64,000 nucleotides of DNA from an uncultured Actinomycetota bacterium (GTDB lineage Bacteria > Actinomycetota > Actinomycetes > JAFAQI01), in NCBI GenBank assembly GCA_963770565.1, contig CAVYQE010000008.1, forward strand, positions 161,972-225,971. The letters are read 5' to 3'. Made by a program: the position numbers and the translations under genes. Each line of letters starts with the position of its first letter. The first letter of the stretch is position 1. This document shows positions 48,330 to 58,684 of this stretch, piece by piece. The notes under the pieces are model-generated. The model had not been told where the DNA came from, made no database searches, and saw nothing but the letters and a program-made list of their open reading frames with translations.

Positions 48330-48944
48330 TCAGAGGTTGGGCAGGATTGCGGACGCGAGCGTTTCTTCGTCCTTGAGCGACGGCGGGGCGCCGGCCGGTG
48401 CGACCGCGATTCGCAGGTAGTCCTGACCCTTGAGGACGCTGAGCGAAGCCGCCCCGTCAAAGAACGCCTTGTCGCCGTAGCCGCTGATCGACTGCGCCGG
48501 CACCTTCGAGTGATAGTCGTTGTACCACTTGGTCGCGTCCGATCCCTTGACGAGTACGACGCGGACCGAGTCGGGCTGTGCCACGTTCGGGTCCTTGGGC
48601 GATATCGCGGACGGTCCGTAGAAGACGCAGGCGAGGCCGCCCTCGACGGTCGCAGAACCGAGCACCCCGGCCGACACCGACTCGCCGATCGCATTCGCGG
48701 CCTCGGCCTGTGTGACGATCGAGCAGGAGTTGAAGTTCTTGTCGCTCGCGGCGGGCTTGGTCTTCGTGGCGGTGGGTGCAGGAGATGCGCTGGATCCGGC
48801 CGCCGGGCTCGTGGTCGATGCCGGACTTGTGGTCGGTCCGGCGAGCGTCCCGGTCTTGGAGGTTGACGTGCAGCCAACGACAAGCAGCGAGCCCAACGCC
48901 GCGACGCCGACTGCAAGAAGATTCGGGCGTACCGCCATGCCCAC
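48330..48944 (-). CDS. Lipoprotein (DUF3558-like)
   Basis: Lipobox VVGC, T/S/P linker, CSIVT.AE...C.F, ISGYGDKAF. Confidence 0.7.
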   Translation of the reverse strand: MGMAVRPNLLAVGVAALGSLLVVGCTSTSKTGTLAGPTTSPASTTSPAAGSSASPAPTATKTKPAASDKNFNSCSIVTQAEAANAIGESVSAGVLGSATVEGGLACVFYGPSAISPKDPNVAQPDSVRVVLVKGSDATKWYNDYHSKVPAQSISGYGDKAFFDGAASLSVLKGQDYLRIAVAPAGAPPSLKDEETLASAILPNL

Positions 48945-49083
48945 CCCTTGATGCGACCCCCGGGAGTTCTGCGTCGCGGAGCCTATTTCATCGCTCGGCC
49001 GACCTCCGGGCGCCGCGCCCGTGATCTTCTGCCGCCTGAACGTGGTCGAGCGGATGACGTTGTGGGTCGCCTAGCCTGTCTGC

Positions 49084-49716
49084 GTGGACGACTGGGTGAC
49101 GATCTCCTCGCTCGCGACCGCAGGCGGCACCTTGGTGCTGGCGATCGCGACCTTCGGATCGGTACGGTCGGCGAACCGCGCGGCGCGGGTTGCCGAGGAG
49201 TCGCTGCTGGTCGGCATCCGCCCGCTGCTCGTGCCGTCCCGCACCGACGACCCTCCGCTCAAGGTGGGCTTTCAGGACGGCCACTGGGCCCGCCCGGCCG
49301 GCTCGGGCGGCACCGCCGAGGCGACCGCGAACGCGGTCTATCTCACGATGTCGCTGCGCAACGTCGGGTCTGGACTGGCGGTGATGCACGGCTGGCGGCT
49401 CGAGCCGGTCGCCAGCGGCGATGCCGAGCGTCCGCCGCTCGAGGAGTTCCATCGGCTCACTCGCGACCTTTACCTCGGCGCCGGCGACGTCGGCTTCTGG
49501 CAGGGTGCGCTCCGGGAACCCGGTGAGCCCGACTTCGGGCTCGCCACCAAGCGGATCGAGGCGCGCGAGCGGTTGGTCATCGACGTGCTGTACGGCGATT
49601 ACCAAGGCGGCCAGCGAGTGATCAGCCGGTTCTCGCTGTTGCCTCGCGAAACGGACGACAGCTGGATCGCTACTGCCGCGCGGCACTGGAACGTGGATCG
49701 GCCCGATCCGCGCTGA
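49084..49716 (+). CDS. Hypothetical protein with N-terminal TM segment
   Basis: Leaderless-looking GTG after TAGCCT; TM segment then globular domain (LRNVGSGLA). Confidence 0.7.
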   Translation: MDDWVTISSLATAGGTLVLAIATFGSVRSANRAARVAEESLLVGIRPLLVPSRTDDPPLKVGFQDGHWARPAGSGGTAEATANAVYLTMSLRNVGSGLAVMHGWRLEPVASGDAERPPLEEFHRLTRDLYLGAGDVGFWQGALREPGEPDFGLATKRIEARERLVIDVLYGDYQGGQRVISRFSLLPRETDDSWIATAARHWNVDRPDPR

Positions 49717-49738
49717 CGCCGGAGTGAGTTCCCGCCGG

Positions 49739-51028
49739 TTACGCCATCCCGTTGGCCGGTGCGCTGACCCGTTCAGCGGCCCGCACGACTTGGCGGTCGG
49801 GTGCGTCGACTGCGGTCGGGCCGCCCGGGATCGGCACGTACCAGACGTGCATCATCGGCGGGGTGATGTAGTTCGACGAGCCGGCCGGGCAGGTCGGATT
49901 TGCGCTGCTGACCAGCCCGACGACCGTGATGCCGTTGAGGCACAGGTTGGTGTGGACGTGCCACTGGGTGAGGCAGCCGCCGGGCTGCGGGGTCGCGCCG
50001 TGCAGCGGCGAAGTGATGTACATCGTCGCTGCGAGGACGGCGCCCCGCGGAGTGTTGGCGTACACCAGCGACTGTGGCTGGCGCGGGTCGATGACCCGGC
50101 CGCCGTTGATCGTGTTGGTCAGGTATGCCGGGTTCACGTAGTGCACGACCGGGAAGCCGGACGGCGTGATCGGCACGTAGCCGGCCGCCTTGGCGGCAGC
50201 GAGGCTGCGGTACTTCTTCGCGTCCTTCCAGCTCACGTTGACCAGGCGGACAGCGGCCCGCTGCTGTGCTGCCGTCGGTGTCTTCGTGCACGGCGCCGAG
50301 CTGGCCATCCGCATGCCCGCAGCCATTTGCATGTTCGGGTTGGGCATTGTGATGTCGCCCGCACGGGTGTCGTTGGTGAGTCTGACTGACGTCTTCGCGG
50401 TGCCCATCTGCATGGTCATGTGGTTGGTCGTGGTGTGCGCGGCCTGCTGCGCGACGGTCGTGCCGCCGGTCATGCTGTCGCCGCCCATCACCATCTCCGG
50501 GCCACCGTGGACGAGCGCGACGCTGAGGAGAAGGACGGACAGGGCGCCTGCGGTCGCCGGCGCGGTGAAGCGCTCTTCGCGGCGTACCGGGCGGTCCGCC
50601 TTGTCGATCAGCAGCCAGGCGCAGCCGAGGACCACCAGCGCCTCGAACACCGTGCACAGACCGTCACCGAAGCCGAACGGTTCGACGTCGTGCGGCGTCG
50701 GGCCGATCACGTCGCCGACCGTGCGGGTGACGATGTAGACGCCGATGATGCCCGAGTTGAGGACGATGCCGGTCCACAGCAGCAACCGCGAGGGGCGAGT
50801 GACCGCCGCGACCGTCCAGGTCAGCTGGAGCCAGGCGGTGACGAGCATGAATACGCCGAACACCCAGTACTCCTGGAAGTGCTCGCCGGCCACCGCGAAG
50901 TGAATGACCGCGGTCACCAGGCTGACGATCGCCAGACAGCTCAGCGCGATCGTGCGAACCGGGACCGAATGCGGGTCGGTCGACGGCTGCTGCTCAATCG
51001 GCCGGACTACCTCGTCGCCGTCGGACAT
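49739..51028 (-). CDS. Membrane protein with His/Met-rich linker and His-motif extracellular domain
   Basis: IHFAVAGEHFQE TM domain; MVMGGDSM/HMTMQM; HYVN, P.SLVY, WHVHTNLC, MMHVW. Confidence 0.7.
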   Translation of the reverse strand: MSDGDEVVRPIEQQPSTDPHSVPVRTIALSCLAIVSLVTAVIHFAVAGEHFQEYWVFGVFMLVTAWLQLTWTVAAVTRPSRLLLWTGIVLNSGIIGVYIVTRTVGDVIGPTPHDVEPFGFGDGLCTVFEALVVLGCAWLLIDKADRPVRREERFTAPATAGALSVLLLSVALVHGGPEMVMGGDSMTGGTTVAQQAAHTTTNHMTMQMGTAKTSVRLTNDTRAGDITMPNPNMQMAAGMRMASSAPCTKTPTAAQQRAAVRLVNVSWKDAKKYRSLAAAKAAGYVPITPSGFPVVHYVNPAYLTNTINGGRVIDPRQPQSLVYANTPRGAVLAATMYITSPLHGATPQPGGCLTQWHVHTNLCLNGITVVGLVSSANPTCPAGSSNYITPPMMHVWYVPIPGGPTAVDAPDRQVVRAAERVSAPANGMA

Positions 51029-51171
51029 CGTGCTTCCCTTCCGGGCCAGTGGATCGCGCACTCGGCCAGCCATGGAGTCCCGCTCGGATGCAGCAATCGA
51101 TGGCGTTTGCCTTAACTAAGAATGTACTTCGGAGCCGGCCGTTTGTGCCCTCGATGAGCGATCCCACTCGA

Positions 51172-52269
51172 TCACTCGACCATGGGCTTCGTCGCTTCGG
51201 TCTTCATCTGCGCGAGGGCCCGCCTGCTGGCGCGCAAGCGGGCACCGCGCGGCACCCTCAGGGACAGGTACGTGATCGCGCCGATCGGAATCGGCAGCCA
51301 GAAGTTCACCAGCCGCCAACCGATCACGCCGAGGGTCGCGATGTTGCGGGTTACGCCGAAGCTCACGATCAGGCTGGCCGCCGAGGCCTCGATCACGCCG
51401 AGGCCGCCCGGCGTGATCGGAATCACCGCCAGGACGTTGGCGATTCCGTACGCCGCAAAGAGCTCGAACGGATTGACATAGCGGCCAAGGGCGGCGACGA
51501 AGGCCCAGAGCGACGCGGCGTCGAGGAGCCAGTTCAGGGCCGCCCAGGTGACGGCCCGGCGAAGCTGGGTGCGGTCGCGGGTGAGATGAGTGATCGAGTC
51601 GGCCACCTGGCGGACCACGTTCTGGAGCCGTTCCGCGCCCACGCGCGGTAGCCGTGCGCCGACGTTGCCGACCCACCGCACGGCATGTCCCTCGCCCCTG
51701 GTGAAGGTGTAGACGAGTGCCGCGGCGGCAAGCAGGGCGACCACCCCGACGAGGGCGATCGCCACGTAGATCGGGTGGACGCCGGCGATCGGGATGGAGA
51801 CCAACAACGCGAACCAGAGCATGACGTTCAGCACGATCGCGGATCCGATCGCCTGGGTAGCCAGGGTGAACCCGACGGTCGGACCGGCGACGCCCTCGGC
51901 GGTCAGGAGCTGGTAGCCGAGCCCGACTCCGCCGGCCGCGCCGCCGGGTATCACGTGGCTGAAGGCGGTCGTGGCAAGCACGATCCGCAGCAGGCGCGGC
52001 ACCGATGGGCTGCTGTCGCCCAGCAAAGTGTGGGTGAGCATCGCGTAGCAGGCGATCGCGGCGGCCTCGAGGATGATGCCGGCGATCAGCCACTCTGGCT
52101 TGAGCCGCCGGAGCAGGTCGAGGTTCTTACTCGCACCGACGAGCTCGGGCACGGCGAGGTACTCGACAACGAGCAAAGTGAGGAAGATGACCGCGCCGTG
52201 TCGCAGCCACCGCGGTAGGTGAAACCGCCTCGGCCGACGCGGCGATCGCTGATCGGCCGGAGCGGACAT
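51172..52269 (-). CDS. Lysylphosphatidylglycerol synthase TM / UPF0104 flippase-like protein
   Basis: VIPGGAAGG, IPITPGGLGVIE, WRLVNFWLP. Confidence 0.88.
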   Translation of the reverse strand: MSAPADQRSPRRPRRFHLPRWLRHGAVIFLTLLVVEYLAVPELVGASKNLDLLRRLKPEWLIAGIILEAAAIACYAMLTHTLLGDSSPSVPRLLRIVLATTAFSHVIPGGAAGGVGLGYQLLTAEGVAGPTVGFTLATQAIGSAIVLNVMLWFALLVSIPIAGVHPIYVAIALVGVVALLAAAALVYTFTRGEGHAVRWVGNVGARLPRVGAERLQNVVRQVADSITHLTRDRTQLRRAVTWAALNWLLDAASLWAFVAALGRYVNPFELFAAYGIANVLAVIPITPGGLGVIEASAASLIVSFGVTRNIATLGVIGWRLVNFWLPIPIGAITYLSLRVPRGARLRASRRALAQMKTEATKPMVE

Positions 52270-52318
52270 TTGTTCATGCTCGCAGGCCAAGCGGCTCTGC
52301 CGTGCAACGCTGGACCCA

Positions 52319-54997
52319 GTGACCTCATTGGGGCGGGACTCGACGGCACGCGCGACGCGGCCGGCCGCGGACGTGGCGGGCGACCTCGGAGTCGTCTCTG
52401 CCGCGGCCCTGCCCGTCGTCGACGTGCTGTCACGGCTCGGCACGGATGCCGAACGCGGCCTATCGGCGGGTGAGGCCGAGCGCCGCTTGCGCAAGTACGG
52501 GCCGAACGCGGTGACATCCCACCGGGCCCGGTTCCTTCCGGTGCTCTGGCATCAGCTGCGTTCACCGCTGCTGGGTCTGTTGCTCGGCGCCGCCGTGGCG
52601 TCGTACTTCGTGGGGGAGCGCAGCGATGCGGTCATCATCGGCGTGATCGTGGGTGTGTCGGTCGGGCTCGGCTTCGTGAACGAGTACCGCGCGGAGAAGG
52701 CGGCCGAGGCGCTGCACTCCCAGATCCATCATCAGACCGTCGTGGTGCGTGACGGCCAGCCGACGGCGCTCGACGTGACCGCGCTCGTGCCGGGGGACGT
52801 CGTGGAGCTCAAGCTGGGTGACATCGTGCCGGCCGACATCAGGCTGCTCGCGGTCAACGATCTCGAGTGCGATGAGTCGGTGCTGACCGGCGAGTCCCTG
52901 CCGGTCGACAAGAACACCGCGGAGGTCCCCATGGGATCGCCGTTGGGTGATCTGGGCGGAGCCGCGTTGATGGGCACGGTCGTCCGCACCGGCAGCGCGC
53001 GGGGAGTCGTGGTGGCGACCGGGGTGCACACCGAGTTCGGCAAGATCGCGGCCGGGCTGAGCACCCATCAGCTGGACACCGAGTTCCAGGTCGGACTCCG
53101 CAAGTTCTCGATGTTGCTCGTCTACGTCGCGGGTTCGCTGACTACGGCGATCTTCGTGATCAACGTGGTGCTGCACCGGCCGGTGATCGACGCGCTGTTG
53201 TTCTCCCTGGCGATCGCGGTCGGCATCACGCCGCAACTGCTGCCGGCCGTGGTGTCGACGAGCCTGGCTGCCGGATCGCGGCGGATGAGTCGGCGCAAGG
53301 TGCTCGTGAAGCGGCTGATCTGTATCGAGGACCTCGGCGACGTCGACGTACTGCTGACCGACAAGACCGGCACCCTCACGCAGGGTCACATCGACTACAT
53401 GCGTTCGGTGCCTGCGGTCGGCCATGACCAGGACGCAGTGCTGAGATGGGGCTTGCTCTGCACGGAGAACACCGGCCGCGACGGAGCGGCCGTCGGTGGA
53501 AATCCGCTCGACCAGGCGCTCTGGGAGTCGCCGGCCGCGAGCCACGAGCTGGGCGGGCTCGGCGCCTACGCCCGCCTCGGCGTGGTGCCGTTCGACCATG
53601 AGCGTCGAATGGTGTCGGTCCTGGTTCGCGACACGCAAGGCGCACTGACGCTCGTCACGAAAGGTGCGCCCGAGACCGTTCTCGACCGGTGCGTCGCGGT
53701 GCCCGACGCCGCGCGCACCGCGCTCGCCGATGAGTTCGGGGCCGGCAACCGGGTAGTCGCCGTTGCGACTCGAACCGCCGCGGGTGAGGGCAAGCCGACG
53801 GTGGCGGACGAGCAGGGTCTGCAACTGGTCGGCCTCTTGGTGTTCCTCGATCCGCCCAAGCTCGACGCGGCGCACGCGTTGCGTCGACTCAGCGACCTCG
53901 GGATCGCGGTGAAGGTCGTGACCGGAGACAACGCCGCGGTGGCGCTCAAGGTCTGCCACGATCTCGGCCTCACCGACGGCGGCGCGCTTACCGGTGCAGA
54001 CATCGATGCGATGGACGATGAGCACCTTGCCGCTGCGATTGAACAGACCGCCGTCTTCGCCCGCGTGAGCCCGGAGCACAAGGCCAGGATCGTGCGGGTC
54101 CAGCGGCGTACCGGTGGTGGTGTCGCCTTCCTCGGTGACGGGGTCAACGACGCGCTCGCCCTGCACGCCGCGGACGTCGGGATCTCGGTCGACTCGGGCA
54201 CCGATGTCGCCAAGGACGCGGCCGACGTGATCCTGCTCGAGAAGGACCTCGACGTCCTCGCCGACGGCGTCGCCGAAGGCCGGCGGATCTTCGGCAACAC
54301 GATCAAGTACGTGTTGATGGGTACGTCGAGCAACTTCGGCAACATGTTCTCCGCGGCCGGCGCGTCGTTGTTCCTGTCGTTCCTGCCGATGCTGCCGTCC
54401 CAGATCCTGCTCAACAATCTGCTCTACGACACCAGCCAGCTCGCCATCCCGACCGACAACGTCGACGAGGAGCAGCTGCGGCGGCCCTCGCACTGGGACA
54501 TCTCGTTCATCCGCAGGTTCATGATCGTGTTCGGCCCGCTCAGCTCGGTCTTCGACTTCGTCACGTTCGGGGTCATGTTGTGGGTGTTCCATTCCGGCCC
54601 GGCACAGTTCCGCTCGGGCTGGTTCGTCGAGTCACTCGCGACCCAGACCCTGGTGATTTTCGCGATCCGAACCCGCCGGGTCCCATTCTTCCGCAGTCAT
54701 CCCAGCCTTCCGCTGACGCTCGCGGCGATCGGCGTGGTGGTAGTGGGCGCGCTGCTCCCCGCGACCGCGCTTGCTCACACGCTGGGCTTCCATGCGTTGC
54801 CGGCCGGGTTCTTCGCGGCCCTCGTCGGCATGGTGGTGTGCTACCTCGGCTTGATCGAGGTCGGCAAGCGCTGGTTCTACCGGACCGCGCGGCGGCATGT
54901 GCCGACCGGGCGGCGCTTCACCCATCAGCGGCATCTGGCCCGCCGGGCGGCGTACTTCAGCGCGGCCGTCGACCCGCCGCCGCGGCCAGGCGACTGA
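52319..54997 (+). CDS. mgtA: Magnesium-translocating P-type ATPase
   Basis: TGES, GITPQLLP, DKTGTLT, GDGVND, TSSNFGNMFS, QILLNNLLYD, GWFVES. Confidence 0.93.
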   Translation: MTSLGRDSTARATRPAADVAGDLGVVSAAALPVVDVLSRLGTDAERGLSAGEAERRLRKYGPNAVTSHRARFLPVLWHQLRSPLLGLLLGAAVASYFVGERSDAVIIGVIVGVSVGLGFVNEYRAEKAAEALHSQIHHQTVVVRDGQPTALDVTALVPGDVVELKLGDIVPADIRLLAVNDLECDESVLTGESLPVDKNTAEVPMGSPLGDLGGAALMGTVVRTGSARGVVVATGVHTEFGKIAAGLSTHQLDTEFQVGLRKFSMLLVYVAGSLTTAIFVINVVLHRPVIDALLFSLAIAVGITPQLLPAVVSTSLAAGSRRMSRRKVLVKRLICIEDLGDVDVLLTDKTGTLTQGHIDYMRSVPAVGHDQDAVLRWGLLCTENTGRDGAAVGGNPLDQALWESPAASHELGGLGAYARLGVVPFDHERRMVSVLVRDTQGALTLVTKGAPETVLDRCVAVPDAARTALADEFGAGNRVVAVATRTAAGEGKPTVADEQGLQLVGLLVFLDPPKLDAAHALRRLSDLGIAVKVVTGDNAAVALKVCHDLGLTDGGALTGADIDAMDDEHLAAAIEQTAVFARVSPEHKARIVRVQRRTGGGVAFLGDGVNDALALHAADVGISVDSGTDVAKDAADVILLEKDLDVLADGVAEGRRIFGNTIKYVLMGTSSNFGNMFSAAGASLFLSFLPMLPSQILLNNLLYDTSQLAIPTDNVDEEQLRRPSHWDISFIRRFMIVFGPLSSVFDFVTFGVMLWVFHSGPAQFRSGWFVESLATQTLVIFAIRTRRVPFFRSHPSLPLTLAAIGVVVVGALLPATALAHTLGFHALPAGFFAALVGMVVCYLGLIEVGKRWFYRTARRHVPTGRRFTHQRHLARRAAYFSAAVDPPPRPGD

Positions 54998-55092
54998 CGA
55001 CCGGCCGAATCCGCGGCACGGGTGCGGAGCCGGCCATTGCCGGATTTACTTAGGGTGACGCTTCCGACGTTGGTATCGGGGAGGTGCCGGCA

Positions 55093-56295
55093 ATGACGGG
55101 TTCTCGTACGACGGATCGGCGCTGGACGTCGACCACCCGGCGCGGGCTCTGGTCGTGGGTCGCACTGGGGTCCATCGGCGCCATTGCGGTCGGGGCGGGG
55201 CTCGGCGGCGGACCGCTCGCTCGAGCTTCCGCGCACGCGCCGGCTGCCTCGTCGGCGCGGTCAGTGGCGTCTGCAGACGGGTCGCTGCTGACTGCGACGA
55301 CCGTGCCGCACTCCTCGGACGTCTGGGTCATCGGTCAGGTGCTGGTCGGCACCCAGGCCGGCTACCGCTTCTTCGAGGCGCGGCGTCACCACGGGCACTG
55401 GCTGCGGGTCAAGGCACCACCGATCGGCGCCGACAGTGGGAGCCTCAACGGGATTGCGGCCGGCTCCGGCCACGACGTGTGGCTCGGCGGAGCAAAGCAG
55501 GTCAGCAACACCAAGGTCAGTGCGGCGATCTACAAGTGGAGCGGCAAGAAGTTCGTCACCGCGAAGCTGCCGGAGCTTCAGAAGGCGTTCGCCGGTGACC
55601 CCGGCGTGGCGGCGATGTCGGCCAGCTCGGCCACGAACGCATGGGCGGTCGGCGACCTCTACCTTCCGGGCGGGACCAAACATGTGGCGCTGCACTGGAA
55701 CGGGCGGAAGTGGACCGCGGTTCCGGTCCCGCTCACCGGTGACGCCGCAGGGTTGCGGGCAGTGGCAACATCCGGTCCGAACAACGCGTGGGCGGTCGCC
55801 GATGACGAGGTGAGCACGCTGCTGCATTGGGACGGTTCGGTGTGGTCCGAAGTCGGGCCGCCGCCGGGCCATGTGCAGCTTGATGCTCTTGCGGTCAGCT
55901 CGCCGACCCTGGCGTACGCCGTCGGCTACAAGCTGCTCCCGCACAGCCGCTACGGCACGGTGATACTGCGCTACAACGGCACCACCTGGGCGCCGGCCCC
56001 TGTTGCCAAGGGTCTGCCGGATTCGCAGGTCATCTCGGTGTCGATGCGTGGAAGTACGGCGTGGGCGATCGGCACTCTCAACAACTCGAAAGGCTCGGTC
56101 ATCCTGCATTCGACCGGTGGAGTGTGGCGGACGCAGAAGAGCACCGGCAGGTTGATCGACCTGTACGCGGTCGCTGCCGGCGCTGCCAACCGGGCGTTCG
56201 CGGTCGGGCAGTACTACAACTCGGCCTTCGCGGTGAAGACCTACGTCGACTACTACAACGGCCACAACTGGAAGCCGGTGCCGTCAGGCTTCTAG
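55093..56295 (+). CDS. Secreted beta-propeller-like repeat protein
   Basis: Tat-like TRRGLW signal; repeats S..NAWAVG ... LHWNG..W. Confidence 0.75.
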   Translation: MTGSRTTDRRWTSTTRRGLWSWVALGSIGAIAVGAGLGGGPLARASAHAPAASSARSVASADGSLLTATTVPHSSDVWVIGQVLVGTQAGYRFFEARRHHGHWLRVKAPPIGADSGSLNGIAAGSGHDVWLGGAKQVSNTKVSAAIYKWSGKKFVTAKLPELQKAFAGDPGVAAMSASSATNAWAVGDLYLPGGTKHVALHWNGRKWTAVPVPLTGDAAGLRAVATSGPNNAWAVADDEVSTLLHWDGSVWSEVGPPPGHVQLDALAVSSPTLAYAVGYKLLPHSRYGTVILRYNGTTWAPAPVAKGLPDSQVISVSMRGSTAWAIGTLNNSKGSVILHSTGGVWRTQKSTGRLIDLYAVAAGAANRAFAVGQYYNSAFAVKTYVDYYNGHNWKPVPSGF

Positions 56296-56324
56296 GCATG
56301 GCGTCGCGCCAGCGACGACGGAGG

Positions 56325-57734
56325 TCAGCCGGTAGCCGCTGCGGGCCGTCGCGCCTTGGTTCGGTGTCTGGCGAGGGCGAGCACCTCGTCGAAGCCGTCG
56401 CGCAGATGGCCGACCAGGTCAGCGACATCGGGAACGGCACCGGTGTCGACGTTCAAGCCGATGTTGCACATGTCGACGTACGACATCAGCGTCGCGTTCA
56501 GCGCTGTGCCGATCGTCGGGCCGAACGGGTAGTAGGCCTCGACCCGGGCACCGGCGACGTACACACGTCCGGTGAGACCTGGAACATCACTCGCCACGAA
56601 GTCCACCCGGCGCAGCACACCCTGGATGTAGCTGCGGGGGACCAGGTTGAGGGCGAAGGCGATCGGCTGGGTGTAGGCGAGCGCTGGCTCTCGCTGCCAG
56701 GCGCGGGAGGTCCGACCGATTGCGGCGATCCGTTCGGCCGGGTCCGTCAGACCGGCCGGCAGCGCGAAGCGAAGCAGCGTGATCCGGTTGCCGCCGAGCC
56801 CGTCGCCAGGCCGCCGGACGCTGACCGGCATCGTCACCCGCAGATCGCCGATCTCAACACCGCGGTCGGAGTGGTAGCGCCGAAGGCCACCGGTCACGCC
56901 CGCGAGGAAGGCATCGTTGAGATGTCCGTCGCAGCGGGCCGCGGCCCGGCGCAGGTCGTCGAGCGGCACGTCCATGGTGGCGAGCTGGCGGACCATCCGG
57001 CGTTCGGTCATCAATGGCGACGCCTGGTGCAGGATCGGCTGCACGATACGGGCAACCGACCTGGTGGCCCGCCACAGGCCGCTCGCGCTGTCCATGGGAT
57101 GGACGACGGCGGACGGCGATTTGATGATGGCCGCGCCGGATGACTTGGCGGCGTTGGCGAGGTCGCCGCCGTTGTCGCGGAGCGTGGACCAGACCGTCGA
57201 GACCATGCCGGCGGCGCTGCCGTCCGGGATGGGCAGGTCGGCGAGCGGCGCCATGTCGCGGCTGCCGTCGACGATGAGACCGAGCACGTCGATCCCGCCG
57301 ATCCCGTCGGTCAGCGAGTGATGCATCTTGGTCATGATCGCGGCCTTGCCGCCGGGCAGGCCCTCGAGGAGGGTCAGCTCCCATAGCGGCCGGTCCCGGT
57401 CGAAGTCCGCCATCGCGGCGAGCCGGGCCTGCGCGAGCACCGCGTCCCAGTCGGCGGGTTCGGGCAGCACTATCCGGCGCATGTGGTAGTCGATCGAGAA
57501 CCGCTCGTCGACGATCCAGCGCGGCGGGCCGAGACGCCACGGTGGCGGCGCGACCACAGCCCGGAAGTGCGGAACCAGGCGCGTCGCGCGCTCGACCCGT
57601 TGCTTCAGGTACTCCCAGTCGGGAGCCCGGTCCGCCAGCGCGACGGCGACCACCGTCGAGCGCAGGCCGGGGTCGGACTCCATGTACCAGCTGAACGCGT
57701 CTGTGTGGAGCATCCGCTCCGAGGTCTCGGCCAT
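56325..57734 (-). CDS. Wax ester synthase / diacylglycerol acyltransferase (Tgs)
   Basis: DRDRPLWE, HHSLTDG catalytic motif, LND, MPVSVR, GNRI. Confidence 0.92.
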   Translation of the reverse strand: MAETSERMLHTDAFSWYMESDPGLRSTVVAVALADRAPDWEYLKQRVERATRLVPHFRAVVAPPPWRLGPPRWIVDERFSIDYHMRRIVLPEPADWDAVLAQARLAAMADFDRDRPLWELTLLEGLPGGKAAIMTKMHHSLTDGIGGIDVLGLIVDGSRDMAPLADLPIPDGSAAGMVSTVWSTLRDNGGDLANAAKSSGAAIIKSPSAVVHPMDSASGLWRATRSVARIVQPILHQASPLMTERRMVRQLATMDVPLDDLRRAAARCDGHLNDAFLAGVTGGLRRYHSDRGVEIGDLRVTMPVSVRRPGDGLGGNRITLLRFALPAGLTDPAERIAAIGRTSRAWQREPALAYTQPIAFALNLVPRSYIQGVLRRVDFVASDVPGLTGRVYVAGARVEAYYPFGPTIGTALNATLMSYVDMCNIGLNVDTGAVPDVADLVGHLRDGFDEVLALARHRTKARRPAAATG

Positions 57735-57777
57735 CAAGATCACCGAGGCTGACGCTAGAGCCACAACCCGTCGGTCG

Positions 57778-57797
57778 TTAGGGCTAAACGTCCCGCC
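57778..57797 (-). promoter_or_regulatory. DosR/DevR-like box upstream of WS/DGAT
   Basis: TTAGGGCTAAACGTCCCGCC matches TTAGGGACTAAAGTCCCTAA at 13/20; centred about -42.5 relative to a TAGCGT -10 at 57757-57752. Confidence 0.55.
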
Positions 57798-57870
57798 TTT
57801 GCCGGCCAGAAGGCGGGATCGGCGGCGCCGTGCCGGGCATTGATCGTCAGAACGCGTGTGACCTGGCACT

Positions 57871-58614
57871 ATGAATGCGGTAGGCCGCTTGTCCTGGCGG
57901 TGCAACAGACGGGCAAGGGTGGACAGACACGCACAGTTGCGTCAGGAAATCGGCGTCGTGGACCTCTCGCCGTCGCTGGTGCCCTTGCGGTTGTGCGAGG
58001 TCGGTGTTGAGCGGCTCGGGGCTCAGGGTGTGGGTCTCGCGCTGATCTCGAGCCCGCAGGCTCGCAGCCTGCTGTCGGCAAGCGGAGCGCTGGCGGGCCG
58101 GGTCGAGGAGCTGCAGTTCAGCTTGGGCGAAGGGCCCTGCCTCGACGCGTTCTGGGCGGGTGTGCCGACCTTCGAGCCGTTCCTCGCGACATCGGGCCGC
58201 GATCGCTGGCCGCTGTTCGCGATGGCGGCGGTCGCTGCCGGGGTGGAGGCGGTGTTCTCGTTCCCGTTACAGATCGGCGAGGTCCGGTTCGGTGTTCTTG
58301 ATATTGCGCATGACGTCGCTGGAATGCTCGCTGAGGACGTCGTCGCTGACGCTCTCGCGCTCGCGGACATTGCCACCGAGACGATCCTGGCCCTGCAGGC
58401 GGGGACGGACGAGGACCGGGTCGCCGACGAGCTCGGCGGGATCGGCTCAGACCGGATCGTCGTCCATCAGGCCACCGGGATGATCGCCGCGCAGGCCGGA
58501 ATCGACGTTGGCGACGCCCTGGCATGGTTGCGCGCCCACGCCTACGCCGACGACCGGCACATCTACGACGTAGCCGGTGATGTCGTTGCCGGCAGTCTCG
58601 TGTTCACCTCATGA
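57871..58614 (+). CDS. GAF + ANTAR domain protein
   Basis: EELQFSLGEGPCLDA, VFSFPLQIG, VHQATGMIAAQ...LRAHAY; start may be 57919. Confidence 0.9.
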   Translation: MNAVGRLSWRCNRRARVDRHAQLRQEIGVVDLSPSLVPLRLCEVGVERLGAQGVGLALISSPQARSLLSASGALAGRVEELQFSLGEGPCLDAFWAGVPTFEPFLATSGRDRWPLFAMAAVAAGVEAVFSFPLQIGEVRFGVLDIAHDVAGMLAEDVVADALALADIATETILALQAGTDEDRVADELGGIGSDRIVVHQATGMIAAQAGIDVGDALAWLRAHAYADDRHIYDVAGDVVAGSLVFTS

Positions 58615-58684
58615 ACTCAATGCAGCTCTGCGGGTCGGTCCGACGTAGCCGCCCGCGCCACAGTGCCCCGAGATAGGAATCCAG

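Noticed and set aside
51125-51160. SigK-like promoter (TCATC...CCGAA) upstream of 49739-51028
   Set aside because: Spacing and -35 match too poor to call.
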